Assembly: GCA_964304625.1 (NCBI GenBank)
Contig: OZ199839.1
Location: forward strand, 3,586,724 to 3,650,723
Length of the DNA: 64,000 nucleotides
Origin: Kudoa neothunni
Taxonomy: Eukaryota; Animalia; Cnidaria
Reading direction: 5' to 3'
The notes beneath the pieces were generated by a model, which saw only the letters and a program-made list of their open reading frames with translations, was not told where the DNA came from and made no database searches. The first letter of the stretch is position 1. Every line of letters starts with the position of its first letter. Below, piece by piece: positions 51,586-64,000 of this stretch. The translations under genes were made by a program, and so were the position numbers.

Positions 51586-52857
51586 ATGGCTGAGGAGATT
51601 GATTTCAGCGATCTTCCAACCAATGACACTAGGGTTATTGTATTAGCCGGGGCGCTAGCTGGTATTTTAGAGCACTCGGTGATGTATCCCATCGATTCGG
51701 TAAAGGTAATGTCTAAAATCAGCCTCGTTTTCTGATGACTTGATTATCTAATAAAACAAATCATTAAAGTTGGCTATGTATGTAGACTCGCGTCCAACTT
51801 TTTAAAAATACGGACCCAAAAATGTCAATAAGATATGCTTTGAAGAATATGATTAAAAATGAAGGATTCCTTTCTCCTTATCGAGGAATCGGGGCTGTCC
51901 TACTTGGGACTGGTCCGATTCATTCGTTGTATTTTGGAAGTTATGAGTTATCGAAAAATACACTTCCGAAACTGTCACCTAAATTGCGGGACACCAAATT
52001 GTTATATGGTATATAGATTGGCATGGTAACATGTTCGATCTAAATAATAAACATCGTTTTATAGCTTATTCTGGAATTGTTGCTACACTTATACATGATT
52101 TCCTGTTGAATCCTATTGAAGGTATTGCCGCTGTTGTTGTTGTGATCTTTTGATGATGATATCTTACATTTTTTGTCTAGTGGTCAAGCAACGCCTTCAA
52201 ATGGACAACCAAAGATACAAGGGTATAGCTCATTGTGTGAAGTGTGTTTCGAAAACTGAAGGGCTGTCTGCATTCTATCGAAGTTACTCCACTCAACTTT
52301 TAATGAATGTACCATACAACTCGGTGAACTTTGTCACTTATGAAACTGTGAGAAAATTCCTGTATAAAACAACCTATAATCCCGGGGAGAATTCCAACAA
52401 TACTCATCGTCCATTTGACCCTAAAGTGCACTTGATCGCAGGAAGTTGTTCGGGAAGTTTAGCTGCTGCTATCACTGTCCCATTTGATGTGATAAAAACT
52501 CAACTGAATACTCAAAGAATAAGCGGCGACTCGGGTGTGATAAATCGTTGTCATTGTACATCCTCATTTTCTAGCGGGAACCTCACAAGTTCAATCCCTG
52601 CTTCATCCAAATACGCCGCTGATTGTAGCACCTCCTCACTTGGCTCTTCTTTGATGGTGGCCTCAAAAACACGCCACCTTACTTCCACCGAACAGGTGCC
52701 ACTCAGAGGAATGAGTGATGCTGTACTATATATCTTCAAAAATGGAGGCGTGAAAGGTTTCTTCCGTGGAACTGTGGCCAGAGTTATCTACAATACACCG
52801 GCATGTGCTATTTGCTGGTCGGTGTATGAATTTTTTAAGCATTTCCTCCACACATAA
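51586..52857 (+). CDS. Mitoferrin (SLC25A28/37-type mitochondrial iron carrier); 4 exons
   Basis: [20 protein letters not shown]|[23 protein letters not shown]|[41 protein letters not shown]. Confidence 0.92.
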
Positions 52858-54857
52858 TCAACACCAATGAATAGGTTTTTAGTGGTAATTTGTGTAATGT
52901 TTTCATATATCTAATTTTGTCAACGTTTGTGTTTCCATATTATTTTATGCGTCATTGATCCACCGCTATATATTATAGTGGATGGAATTTTTTTTACCTT
53001 CTGCAATGCATTTTTAAGGGTCATTTTTATGTATGTAATAACTTCTTATCATTCGATTATTCTTTTTGAATTTGTATCAAGATATGTTAATAAAACCTAT
53101 ATTATAATTAGGGAATGCAATTTTCGGCGCTTTTACGCATAAATGGAGATTATACGTAGATCTGCGCACACATCTCTATGACGCAAACAACACAAATTAA
53201 CATCGCATATAATATAATTATATTTAATTTCACAATTTTAATATATTTATAGTGTCAGAGAGATTTTTAGTTTTGAAAGAACATGCTTAATCTCAAACAA
53301 AATTTTTTTTCAAACAATATAGGAAAGTGCTTATCAACAAAAGTTTTTAATAACTTTTAGGTCTTGTACAACTATTTATTATTGTAAATGGTAATCCATC
53401 ATACATTACAACTGAAACCGGATCAATCTTTTTTTTGATTCTTATGATCTCTAAATAACAAAAGGGGCCAGGAGAGACATGCTTTAACGATTGTATCTTT
53501 GAACGATGTTTTAATAAGACAATATGTTTCTACACATGGTTTTTTTGAGTAACATTAACTTGCGAGATTTTTAAACAAATTCATTTTAAATAATTTCTTA
53601 ATTAACTCAATCCTCAATATAATTCTCCAAATCACATCTTTTCCTGCCCATTCTTATTAAAACGCCTTTTCTGAAACACATTATACTCTAAAAGAGGCCG
53701 AAGTTATAAATAGGAGTCAATATAGCTATCATAAATTATTATTTGTTAACCTAAATTATTCCTTTCATTTTTACTTATATCAACAAATAAAATAAATATT
53801 TATCATATGATTTTAACTCTTAATCGATTAGTTTTTCTTGTTATAAGTTTCAAAGTATTTTAAGGCCGTTTGTTCTCTAGTGTTATCGTTGATTTTCTCA
53901 CTGAATTCCTCAGGTTTCATTTGGTGCTGCCGCATCAAGTTATATTCCCTTAATCCTCTGAGGCAGGGGTTCTCAACCAGGGGTAAATTAAATAACATCA
54001 AAATTCGATAGGGAGAATTTTTTTATTATAGGTTTGTGACGTACTTCTGGACTTCTAAGGAATTATATTATTCAGGACTTTTAGACTCAATAAGAATTAG
54101 GCAGAAATTCTTAAAACGTTTTTAGGGATAATTATTTAAAAAATATTTAAAAACTATTATTAATATCCTTCTTTTATGCTTCGTTTATCTTTCAACGATG
54201 TAACCTAATAATAATAATAATACTTAAAATGACTATTTTCAAGGTATATAATATTCAAGTGTCGATAGTTTTGACTATTTATAATTATTTCTAGTCCGTA
54301 AGAGCGAAGGATTGGGAAAGAATTAACTTGATTTAGAAAATCTAAAAAATAAAATCTGTATACGGATTTTGGGTGAGTTGATAGGATTAAAAATTGTCAT
54401 TATGCAAGCATACGTGCTTGTTAGGCCAGAATTTATCCCTCAAATAGCCTCTGTTATAGCTGAACGAGTATAAATACAAAATCAATCAATATTGTTGTAT
54501 TTTTTATGATATTAACCGACACTTTAAAATCACGATACTGGCTTCAAAGTACGTCATACTTCCCAATTATCCCACCACTATCCATGTCACACCAATTCTC
54601 GGGATTTTCCGCGTTTCACCAGAGTGATTCATTAAATATTCAAAAATTTCTATGCGCCCCAAACTTTTTTCACGTCCTACCGTTGGGATCTGGAACCCCA
54701 AAGAAACAAAAATTTTTTTACAAATCCCACATACAAAAAAATAACAGAAATATTTCAAAGTTTACTTTGTGTTCAAAATAAATAAAAACCAATGTGATTT
54801 TTGCGGTTTGTTACTTCGTATTACAGCTAGGATATTTGGATATTGTTCATAAGTGAA

Positions 54858-54924
54858 AGCAAGCATGGGTCATTCATTTTCTGTCGCAATTGAAACAACA
54901 GAAAATGAATGACCCATGCTTGCT
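54858..54924. repeat. Perfect 27-bp inverted repeat with 13-nt loop
   Basis: AGCAAGCATGGGTCATTCATTTTCTGT-cgcaattgaaaca-ACAGAAAATGAATGACCCATGCTTGCT. Confidence 0.9.
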
Positions 54925-55067
54925 GTGCAGAAAATTTGTAAAGGAAAAAAGACGAACCGATAGAAAAATTTGATGAAATCCGGGCTCTTGCATTCAAAAT
55001 GAACTCAAATTCTTGAGGCAAACCGCTACCATCATTCAGTGGGGTCCTAACAAATTAAAAAGTTTAA

Positions 55068-58000
55068 CCTTCTGAGTAACATGGGGTGAAAAAGACCCCT
55101 GTGTGATTTGAAACTCGATTTTCTCGAAATTGAAATAAGTGCCAAAGCTTAAATTTCTGCTATTCTCCCAAGACACAAACATCTATATAAAAATAATAAT
55201 TAAAGAAGTTTTCATATTTTATACTAATATTAACCCTCTAATGGACTTGGGGTCTGCTGGACCTCAGCGCCACATTATTTTACCCATACAATTTTTTCTA
55301 ATGTACGTTAAAGTCTGTGATCTTGGCTATTCTTCTATATTTGTGTAAAGTATATATTGATGTATTTTGTACCTTACAGCTGCTATTACATAATACGAAA
55401 CTATAAATCCATCCTCCAACGAACTTTAGGGTCTGTGGGGCCCTAGGTTTTTTTTTCTTGATCTAATTGAAAAATTATGAAAATGCGATATTTGAAGTAC
55501 TAAGTAATTCTATCGACGAAATATCAACAAAATCGTTGATCACTGTACGAACTAATCCTTGATACTCTGGTGCGGGAAGACTCGTCCGGAGCCTCCTAAT
55601 CTGCTTTACGCCGGAATTGCAATGCCATTGTTATTTGCTTGTATTCGCAGCTTATAAATTAGAACAATGAGTTAATTTAAAAATATTCACTTTATTAGTG
55701 TATAGAAACAAAATTTTAACTGGTGTACATAAGGGCTAAATAGAGCCTATGCTAGAATAATTTAGTTCGGCTGGTGGTAAAGCATATTAATGTTTTTTCT
55801 TCAAGTGTTTTCAGAAAATATTAAGGTACCTATATTTTGGTTATTTCAAATATCAGATCTGAAAGGACGGAAATAGACAAGTTTTGTCCAAATCAATATA
55901 TTTACACATATGAGTTGAAATCTTATCTGTGTCTCTATCCTAACGAAGACATTACTGTTGATAAGCAGTTTTACCTATCAAAGGAAGATGCTCATTTAAG
56001 CAACGCATGCCTCTGAATTCAGCTAATTTAGCCGAATGTGGCCTATGGTGAGTTCTATGTGTTAAACTTTAAATTGGTCGATTGTATTTATCTATATAAA
56101 CATATCTTCGAAGAGGAAAATATGTTAAGGTGTGATTTCTCAAATGAGTTGCTTTTAATTTTGTACATCCAACAATTGGAAAGAACTATAAACGAAAATA
56201 ATTATATAAGAACCGATTCCAGTATATACTAATAAAATATAATTTCTTTTTGTAAACCAGTATATAATGAAGAATAGTGTGTCAAATTACATTAAAATGT
56301 ATCAAGATATCTTTAAATTGGCTCTTTAAAATTATTCTTACATTTTTATAAATCTTTATGGATTTCACTATTGAATAATACAAAAAACATATTCGGATTG
56401 CAATATTCATTAGGTCTGTCAATAAAATATCAGATAATGGTAAAGTATGCGGCACCTAAAAAACGTCCTCTTACGCATGTTTTCTCGCATTTCTTTTTTC
56501 GCGGTTCTTGACGATAAAATAAAAGAATATGGAGATAAAAAATTCAGCTCAAAATAATAACTTCAAAATTTTGAGAATTTTTCATCCGAACGTGGTCGGA
56601 TACACATGTAATCTCCATCTTTTTTCGACAAACATTGAATCGATCTCTAATTCGTTTTGATAATCATTCATAAATTTGTCCTATTTCATATTTTTTACCG
56701 CATAAACACAAATTTTACAATATCAAATGTAATTATACAAGTTTTTATAGGTTTTGAGCATGAATAGTTTAAAAGCGAGAAGACAACCACGTGCTCTCAA
56801 AATATATTTACTTAATTTTCTTAGAGCTGATTAGTTTTTTTACTAATTAATTTACACCATATTTTAGATCAACATTTAATTTCAATAGAGGAATAACTTA
56901 AGGCAAATAATAGAAGTTATTACTTTTTAGGAAGAATCCTAATATGTGTATTTAGTATAACATTCGATAAACGTAAAAATTGTTATTTGTATAAAATTAT
57001 TAGTTTTTATGAATTGTGTATGTACCGATCAAAATAATAACCTTAAGTAACATATTTGGTTTTATTTTTTGTTAAGAAATTTTGACACAACAAAACTTAC
57101 AAAGCAATCCAAATATGGTTTAAAATTTTTTTTTTTATATTTTACAGATACTGCAAAGTAACAAAATTTAACATTATCAGGTTAAAAAATTAGGTTTCTG
57201 AATTTTTATAATAAAAATTGAATAAATTCTTAATTTCTGAAAAAAAATTTAATAAAAAAAATTATAAACTAAAACAAATTGTACGACATCAACATTTATT
57301 CTTTAAATTCAAAAAGTATTTTTATTATAATGAAAAATGAGATGTTTTTGTGTATTTTGCAAAAAGTTTATTTTTAAAGTTAGTCTATATAAAATTGTTA
57401 TGTATCAACAGTAAAAAATCCCAATAGTAATAATAAATAACTTTTAAGATAATAACTAAGAAAGAAACAAAATAATTCAATGTTTGTTGAAAAATGATGG
57501 AGATTACATGTGTATCCGACCGCGTTCGGATGCAAAATTCTCAAAATTTTGAAGTTATTATTTTGAGCTGAATTTTTTATCTCCATATTCTTTTATTCTA
57601 TCGTCAAGAATCGTGAAAAAAGAAATGCGAGAAAACATGTGCAAGAGGACATTTTTTAGGTGCCGCCTACTTTACCATTACTACAATCAGTTAGGTTCCC
57701 TTATTAGGTAAAATCAGTAAATCTTTGTGAAAAAAACTTTTTTTGAATGACTAAAAATTTTGGCGTAATCTCATTAGAATACAACAAATGTCTAAAACAA
57801 TAAAAATATACTAAATAACATGGGTGAAGAATGACCCCATATTTTTATTTGAAATTTCAATACAATACAATTCAATAATTCCACTAAAAAAAGAAAACTT
57901 AAATCGAACAGTTACTTCATGTCGAAAAATGACAAATACTTAAAACCCGCCCAATCGCACAAGCGTGAAACATTATTTTAATGGCGGTGGAATATTTTTT

Positions 58001-58906
58001 AGCAAGTAGCGATGATTCCATGAATAGCGAATATGCTGATTCCCTCGCTGATAAAAATAATAATTTGTAAAGTGTCGTGAAACCAAAAAAAAACAAAAGA
58101 CGCAACGGAAAACATAGTAAATTTTAAACAAGATGTGACCGCATACGCCATTCAAAGAATTTCTAGCATCGCTGGATGTTTTCACCATTTTCCCCCTTGG
58201 AAATAATGAGCAAAATCATTGAGTTTACCAACCAATATGGGAATAGATGGGAAAATGTTGATGTCGATGAAATACATGGTTTTATTGGCTATATATTATG
58301 TATGGCTATCCATAATGATCGACAAGGGCCATTGGTTGATTTTTTTGTTCTACTGAAAGCAGGCAAATATACAAAGATTTGGACGATTCACCAGAAGATG
58401 GCCGTTTGTTGTGTTTTATAACATGATTGATATCTCACTTGTAAATGCATTTGTAGTTTACAAGGAGATATTTAACGACCCAAATATTAAAAGATGAGAC
58501 TTTTAAAAGTCGCTTTTGAATTATCTGAACCATTAAAAAAAAGGAAGAACAAAATTCCGCAGTTAATAGAGCATACAGGTTCCATAAATCCTCGACATTC
58601 TGCTGGAAAATATTGCAAAGATTGTTCTTTATAGTTATTTATAGAATGAATTTTAATTAGTTTGCTCACAAGATTATAAGTTAGTTCATTACAGTTGTTC
58701 AATTATTTTCTGTATATCATAATTTTTAAACTTAACTAATTTACTCCTAAATAATGAAATAAAAATAGAAAAGTTTTTTTTAAATAAACTAATTATAGTT
58801 TAATGAATTTTTTACATTTTTATTTCATTTTTGGTTAGTAAATAACATAAGAATGTGAAATATGAAAAAACCTTTTGGATCTTTTTTCCCATTTTTACTT
58901 ATAAGG
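55068..58906 (+). mobile_element. Decayed piggyBac-like element(s)
   Basis: TTAA|CCTT...AAGG|TTAA ends, with a second TTAA|CCCT end at 55234. PGBD-like remnants ITVDKQ...KGRCSFKQ.MP (~55950-56010) and IIEFTN...EIHGFIG (~58215-58300). Confidence 0.65.
56434..57681. mobile_element. Non-autonomous long-TIR (~205 bp) element, Merlin-like
   Basis: 56434-56640 is the inverted counterpart of 57475-57681. Degenerate ~9-bp TSD ending ATCAG. The internal part is also present at about 47220-47840. Confidence 0.75.
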
Positions 58907-61900
58907 TTAAAATCTTTATTATTAAAATTATTCTAAATTTAGGTACTTGTTGTGAGAATAATTAATCAAAATTAATTAAATTGTTCATAACCGACATCGT
59001 CAAACATATCGGAAGCATTTATTTAAATATAGATGTCTATACAAAATTTTTATACGTATTCCTGCCGCGGAACCCCGGTTGAAAACCACTGATCTAAGGT
59101 GGCAAAGAACGAACTAAAGTAGACAACCGATAATAAATAAACAAGCGCGCGCAAGTAACTTTATTTTTTAGTATGGGTATTACATCGTTTATTTAAATAG
59201 AATAACAAAAAACATTATTAAGATTATTTATTGATAAATTATTTATATCCTTCTACATTGGGATAAAATTTAGTGAATGTTCAGTTCTAAAAATTATAAA
59301 TACTATTTTATGTCTTACTGGCTTTTTAGCGCAATATGAAATTTTTTAATATTTTTATCCTAAAACCTTTATTTATGTGCATCTATAACATTCTTTAATT
59401 TGCAACTAACATTTTCATGAAATAAAATTTATTCTATTTTCATTGGAAAGATTATTTTTTGATAGATATCTCAAAAAATTTGTTGACTTTATCTTGTTAC
59501 AATCACAAAAGTATTATAAAACGTTCCACCCAATATAAATTTTTCAATTTTTGACAACTATAATAAAATTAAACCGTCCAAATGGATTTCTGATTTCATG
59601 TATTATTATTATTATTCTTTTCCCTACCAGGATAAAATTACTAAAAAACATGCTAAAATATAACGAATTGCGCCGTATCGAAAGTCCACTGTAATTTAAG
59701 GATAAAGTAAAATACAGTATACACTTAAGAGTTGTTGTCAATGTTTAAGAATTTAACTTTTTTTAGTAAATTTTTTAAGTGGGAAGAAAACCATTTATAT
59801 AAAACGTTTTAATTATTTCACTTTTAATTTTTAAAAAAAACATAAACACTTTAAATATAATAAATTCATGTTTGATATTAACAAATTTTAGAATTATATT
59901 TTACTTTTGAATTGTTTGACAGTGAAACCTCGAATATCCAGAAAACGTGGGACCAACGATTTTCTTTCCATATACCGAGATTTCGGTTAATCTAACTTTC
60001 ATCAATAGTTAATTTAAATAAGATTCAGAATGCGTTTCAGATAACCCCATTTCCAGATAATCAGGAGTTAATTGTACTTAATGAAATTGCGTATGCTTCA
60101 TTTACCACTTACTTATTTCTTGGCGTAAAATGTATGTGCTCTTCATAATACATACTCAATATCATATTTTGATTTAAAAATAACTTTTTCAGTATTTAAT
60201 TATTTAATTCGTTTTGGAGATAAGACAAAAAGTTAAATTGATTATTTTCCTATCAATTGCCATGAGTATTTAATACTCTTTACAAAATAGAAATTGTACA
60301 TATTTAAACACTTTTTAATTTTTTTGTGTATAACACGCAGTTGATTTGTATTTAATCTCTTGTAACTTAAATTGAATTCTATTATAATTTTCTATTTTGA
60401 TTAATAATCCGTTTATTTCCGAAATTAGGGTTATTAATTCGGCGAGAAAACTGAAGTATTGCAAATATCTTCAAGTTTTAATGTGCAATATACTTCCTAA
60501 AAATGCCCATTGCATGTAGATATTTAGTGAATAGTTTTATTTAAATATTAAATAATTAAAAATAGGAAAATTTATGGATTCGAATCGTTAGGCGCTATGA
60601 AATCAAACAGGATCAAGCAATAGATAAATGGTTTTGTGTCTAAAACTTAACAGCAAGAAAAATTAACTTGCAACTGATTTAGATTTTTAAGCGGAACGAA
60701 TTTTCATGTGTGAAAAAACACAAACGACCCAAAGAATGAACATTAACTGACCAAAAACACGTGTTGATCTGATCGTTGTGGATCGCATGAGGAGGTATGA
60801 GTTTTACCATTTCCCATCTTGAAATATGCTATACTACTCATAAAACAACAATATGTAACTTAAATCAATATATTATTTATATTAGATCAATATATCTCGT
60901 GTCCAAAAATAATAAAAACATTTTTTATCTCCAGAATATCGTCACGGCGCAGATTTGCGTTTAACCTGCGCCTTCGAAAACCAGTAAAAAAATCTTTCAT
61001 GATCCACACAAAATCTGTTATGACTCAAATGTAGGTCATATGACCCAAGGTTGGGAAACATTATCTAAAAAAATTTAAATTGAAGTCACATTAACGAAAT
61101 ACCTAGTGAGTAAATATGAATTAAAGATGATTATAGAACTTTATTATTTTGATTACATATATAATATTCTTTTAACTTAAGCTATTTTAGAAAAATTTGG
61201 GTATGTACTTAGTGATATTTGTCGGATTAAAAATAGATAAGACTAATACGCTATAGGAAATCATTGAATTTCTCTTAAAGTATAGTATCTATGTATTTTT
61301 TGTAATCTCTTTTAAAACAAGTAGCTTTATAAATCTAAATGGGCATTAACCATAAAAAAACTTCTTACTATATCAAATCCAATGGATTTTATACATTTAA
61401 AATGCTCCAACAAAATTCTAGAAAAATATTGATTAATGACTCAATGAAAGTAAAATATGACTTGCCGACTATTTTTTATTGGAATATCTTGCAATATTTT
61501 ATCCGGAAAAAATGCGGAAAGTCAGATTCATAATTAATTCTAACGGGCAGATAGATTGCAAAGATTTTTGATCGGTGGAATGTGACTCTGGAGGTTAAGA
61601 GTTCACATCCTGACCCCGGTAAATCTACTGCTTTTTTGTTATGCGTCTCTATTCCTTATTAGCAGTTGTTTAATTGCAATATCACTATTTTGCGCAATTC
61701 CGCTGTAGTAATAATTCGGCCCATTCAAGATTATCATATGATACGTTTGTACCGTCGGCGACACTGTGCGATAAATAATAAAATCTTGTGAATACAATAG
61801 CGCCAGCTGAATTGAAGTTGAATAAGGCGGAGTTTGGAAAATGTTGGTAACCCAGAAAAGATGCTCCTTTATTGATTAAATTCCCATAATTCCACAATAA

Positions 61901-62217
61901 GTTAAGATAAAATAAAGCAATTCAAGAAGTCAAATGTGATTCGCCGCAGTTCTTACAGCGTTAACAAAAAATCATTCCCGCTCTCACCAAAGCCATAAAA
62001 TATCTGGAACCATCTACAACAAATGCTTAAAAAATATATAAACCATATGAATGTTAAAAAATTTAGATTATTATTTTTCTATCAATGATAAAAAGATTTT
62101 CAAAATCAAGCCATGTAGGCACAAGTCCTCATTATCATGTTTATGCGTCGGTCGCAAACAATAAAAGAATTAATTAAAAACTACATATACAATATTTGTG
62201 AGGAAAAATAGAGTATA

Positions 62218-64000
62218 TTATTGTTGTTGGTTGGACGAGAGTTTTTGTTGATTCCATTTGTATGCCATTTGGAGTAATTTAAAATTGGATTGTTTCTCAA
62301 TATCTTCAGGAAAGATATATTCATAATATTCTTCCCAGCCGAATTCCATGTCATCCTCATCCTAAATAGAAAGATATTCATACACAAGTACCATGGTTGT
62401 AACTAAAAAAATAGGACGACGTACCTCCTGGTCCATATTTTGTATGATTTTTCTCCGTTTTTTAACTTTGTTGGGTAACATATCATGTACTCTTTTTTTA
62501 GAAGACTCATCCCCATAATTTTGCTATAAAAAATATGCATTAATATACACTGAATAAGCAAAAACCTCAAATTCGTTCCAAGCATTGAGTAAGGCGATTC
62601 GTTGACTAGTGTAATCTTCATCGGTAGAACTATTTTCTTTATAGAATTTTGCAGCTTTTTCAAACACATTTCTGGCATTAATAAGGTTATCTTCGGTTTC
62701 AAGCTGCAGTTCGAATTTAGCGTAGCTGATCCAAACCTACAAAAATCCCCACATAAGTAAACCAACAAACTATGGTTGATTAAGTAGATTGCAAGTATTC
62801 ACCTTGACATGCTGGGTACGTTCAAGTAGATCCTTATACAATGCGCGGGTATTTTCCACTTCATTTTGGCTTATTTCAAAGTCTATATATCTTTTCCACA
62901 ACAACTACATAAACCAAAGTTGGACACACAATTGAAAGTTAGAAATTCTAACCTCAGGCATATCAAGTTGTGATTGCGAGGAGCCGAGTTGGAAGAGAGC
63001 TCTAGCCCTTTCAACATTACCCAAGGTGGCTTCCATATCAGCATAATGAACCCATATCACACTTGAAGTGGGGTTGAATTCGATATATTTTTCGTACAGT
63101 TTGCGACAGCGATCAAATTCGCGCATCTAAATTTTTAGTTTGTTTAACACAAAACAGCAATCACTGCATTTTTCTGAATTTAAAAATAATCACCTGAAAT
63201 TCAATATGAATATATTCTTTAAAAAGTTTATTTTTAGGACACATACCGATAGCTTTGCCCTATGTTTTTTAGAATGTATTTTTATTAGACCTTACGATAT
63301 AATCACAAAAAGAAAACTACCATGAGTTTTCGGTAAATTTGATATTGTTTTTGGCGTATTTCAAAGTTTGAAGCCAATATCCATATTTTGGCAAATGTAA
63401 ACTATATTTTAATTTATGATGAGGAATTTTAAAAGTTTATTTAAAACCTTTTGATGGGGAATTATATCTAAACAAGCCTTATAAATATGTCGCACACGTT
63501 CGATATCCTATATTAACGAATTTATGAGTTATTTTAATTAATTACAGAGCAGTTTGGCTGAAAAATAAATGTGTACATTATTTTTTAGTTCTTCAAATAG
63601 CGCGTACATGATCCAGATGAAAACATATCGATTCCAATGTTTTTTCTCCTACAGCAAACACCAACAATATCCACCAAAACAGACTCAATAATTAAACTCT
63701 TACTTCTAAAGGTGGAACATTTGAAATGGCTTTCTCATAACAATCTCTGATAAGATCGGTCGAAAAGTTCTCATTCTCCATCATTCGAATCATATCAATC
63801 CATGAATCGTAATCGTAACAATTCTCTGTGACGTTTTTCTCGTAGAAGTTTTTCCGTTTTGTAATCACAACATCTTCAATACCTTTTCTATCACCATGGC
63901 GTTTTTCAAAATGACTACACGCTTCTATCATCAAGTTGGCATCTGCAGGGGACAGATTGCCAATCGCATATTGGTAGATGACACGGGCACGCTCAATTTC
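62218..64000 (-). CDS. CRNKL1: Crooked neck-like splicing factor (HAT repeats), 3' part only
   Basis: ERARVIY...[84 protein letters not shown]. The 5' end lies outside the window. Confidence 0.95.

Larger units (their letters stand above)
53964..59091. mobile_element. hAT-type element forming the outer shell of a nest
   Basis: CAGGGGTTCTCAACC...GGTTGAAAACCACTG. Imperfect 8-bp TSD CTCTGAGG/ATCTAAGG. Confidence 0.65.

Noticed and set aside
61685-61897. 70-aa minus-strand ORF downstream of crooked neck
   Set aside because: No ATG start, no recognisable motif and no supporting exon structure.
1-64000. Non-standard genetic code or non-canonical splice sites
   Set aside because: The reconstructed genes use GT-AG introns and standard stop codons. 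In-frame stops occur only in decayed TEs.

Overview
AT-rich eukaryotic genomic DNA using the standard code, with short canonical GT-AG introns of about 40-75 nt. It most resembles a fast-evolving, compact-gene animal such as a myxozoan, orthonectid or dicyemid; this is inference from retained metazoan intron positions and divergent proteins. Tight gene islands alternate with stretches of decayed, nested transposons. Recognisable genes are TopBP1-like (-), DNAJC17 (+), PSMA5 (-), eIF2A (-), a PNPLA/ATGL-type lipase (+), a 513-aa Caprin-like low-complexity protein (+), a claudin/PMP22-like 4TM protein (+), a secreted Pro-rich orphan (+), V-ATPase subunit G (-), mitoferrin (+) and the 3' part of crooked neck (-). 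Mobile DNA includes a 3.7-kb Ty3/Gypsy element with 106-bp LTRs nested in a Merlin element, a second Merlin element with 179-bp TIRs and an apparent intron, hAT/pogo/piggyBac nests, MITEs, Helitron ends and SINE heads. Most notable: TopBP1 and DNAJC17 are head-to-head with 0-42 bp between start codons (CAT|ATG). A CGCG-core motif (TCGCGTRGAWTCG-like) lies about 20-60 nt upstream of the ATG of most housekeeping genes, suggesting an ultra-compact, possibly bidirectional promoter architecture.
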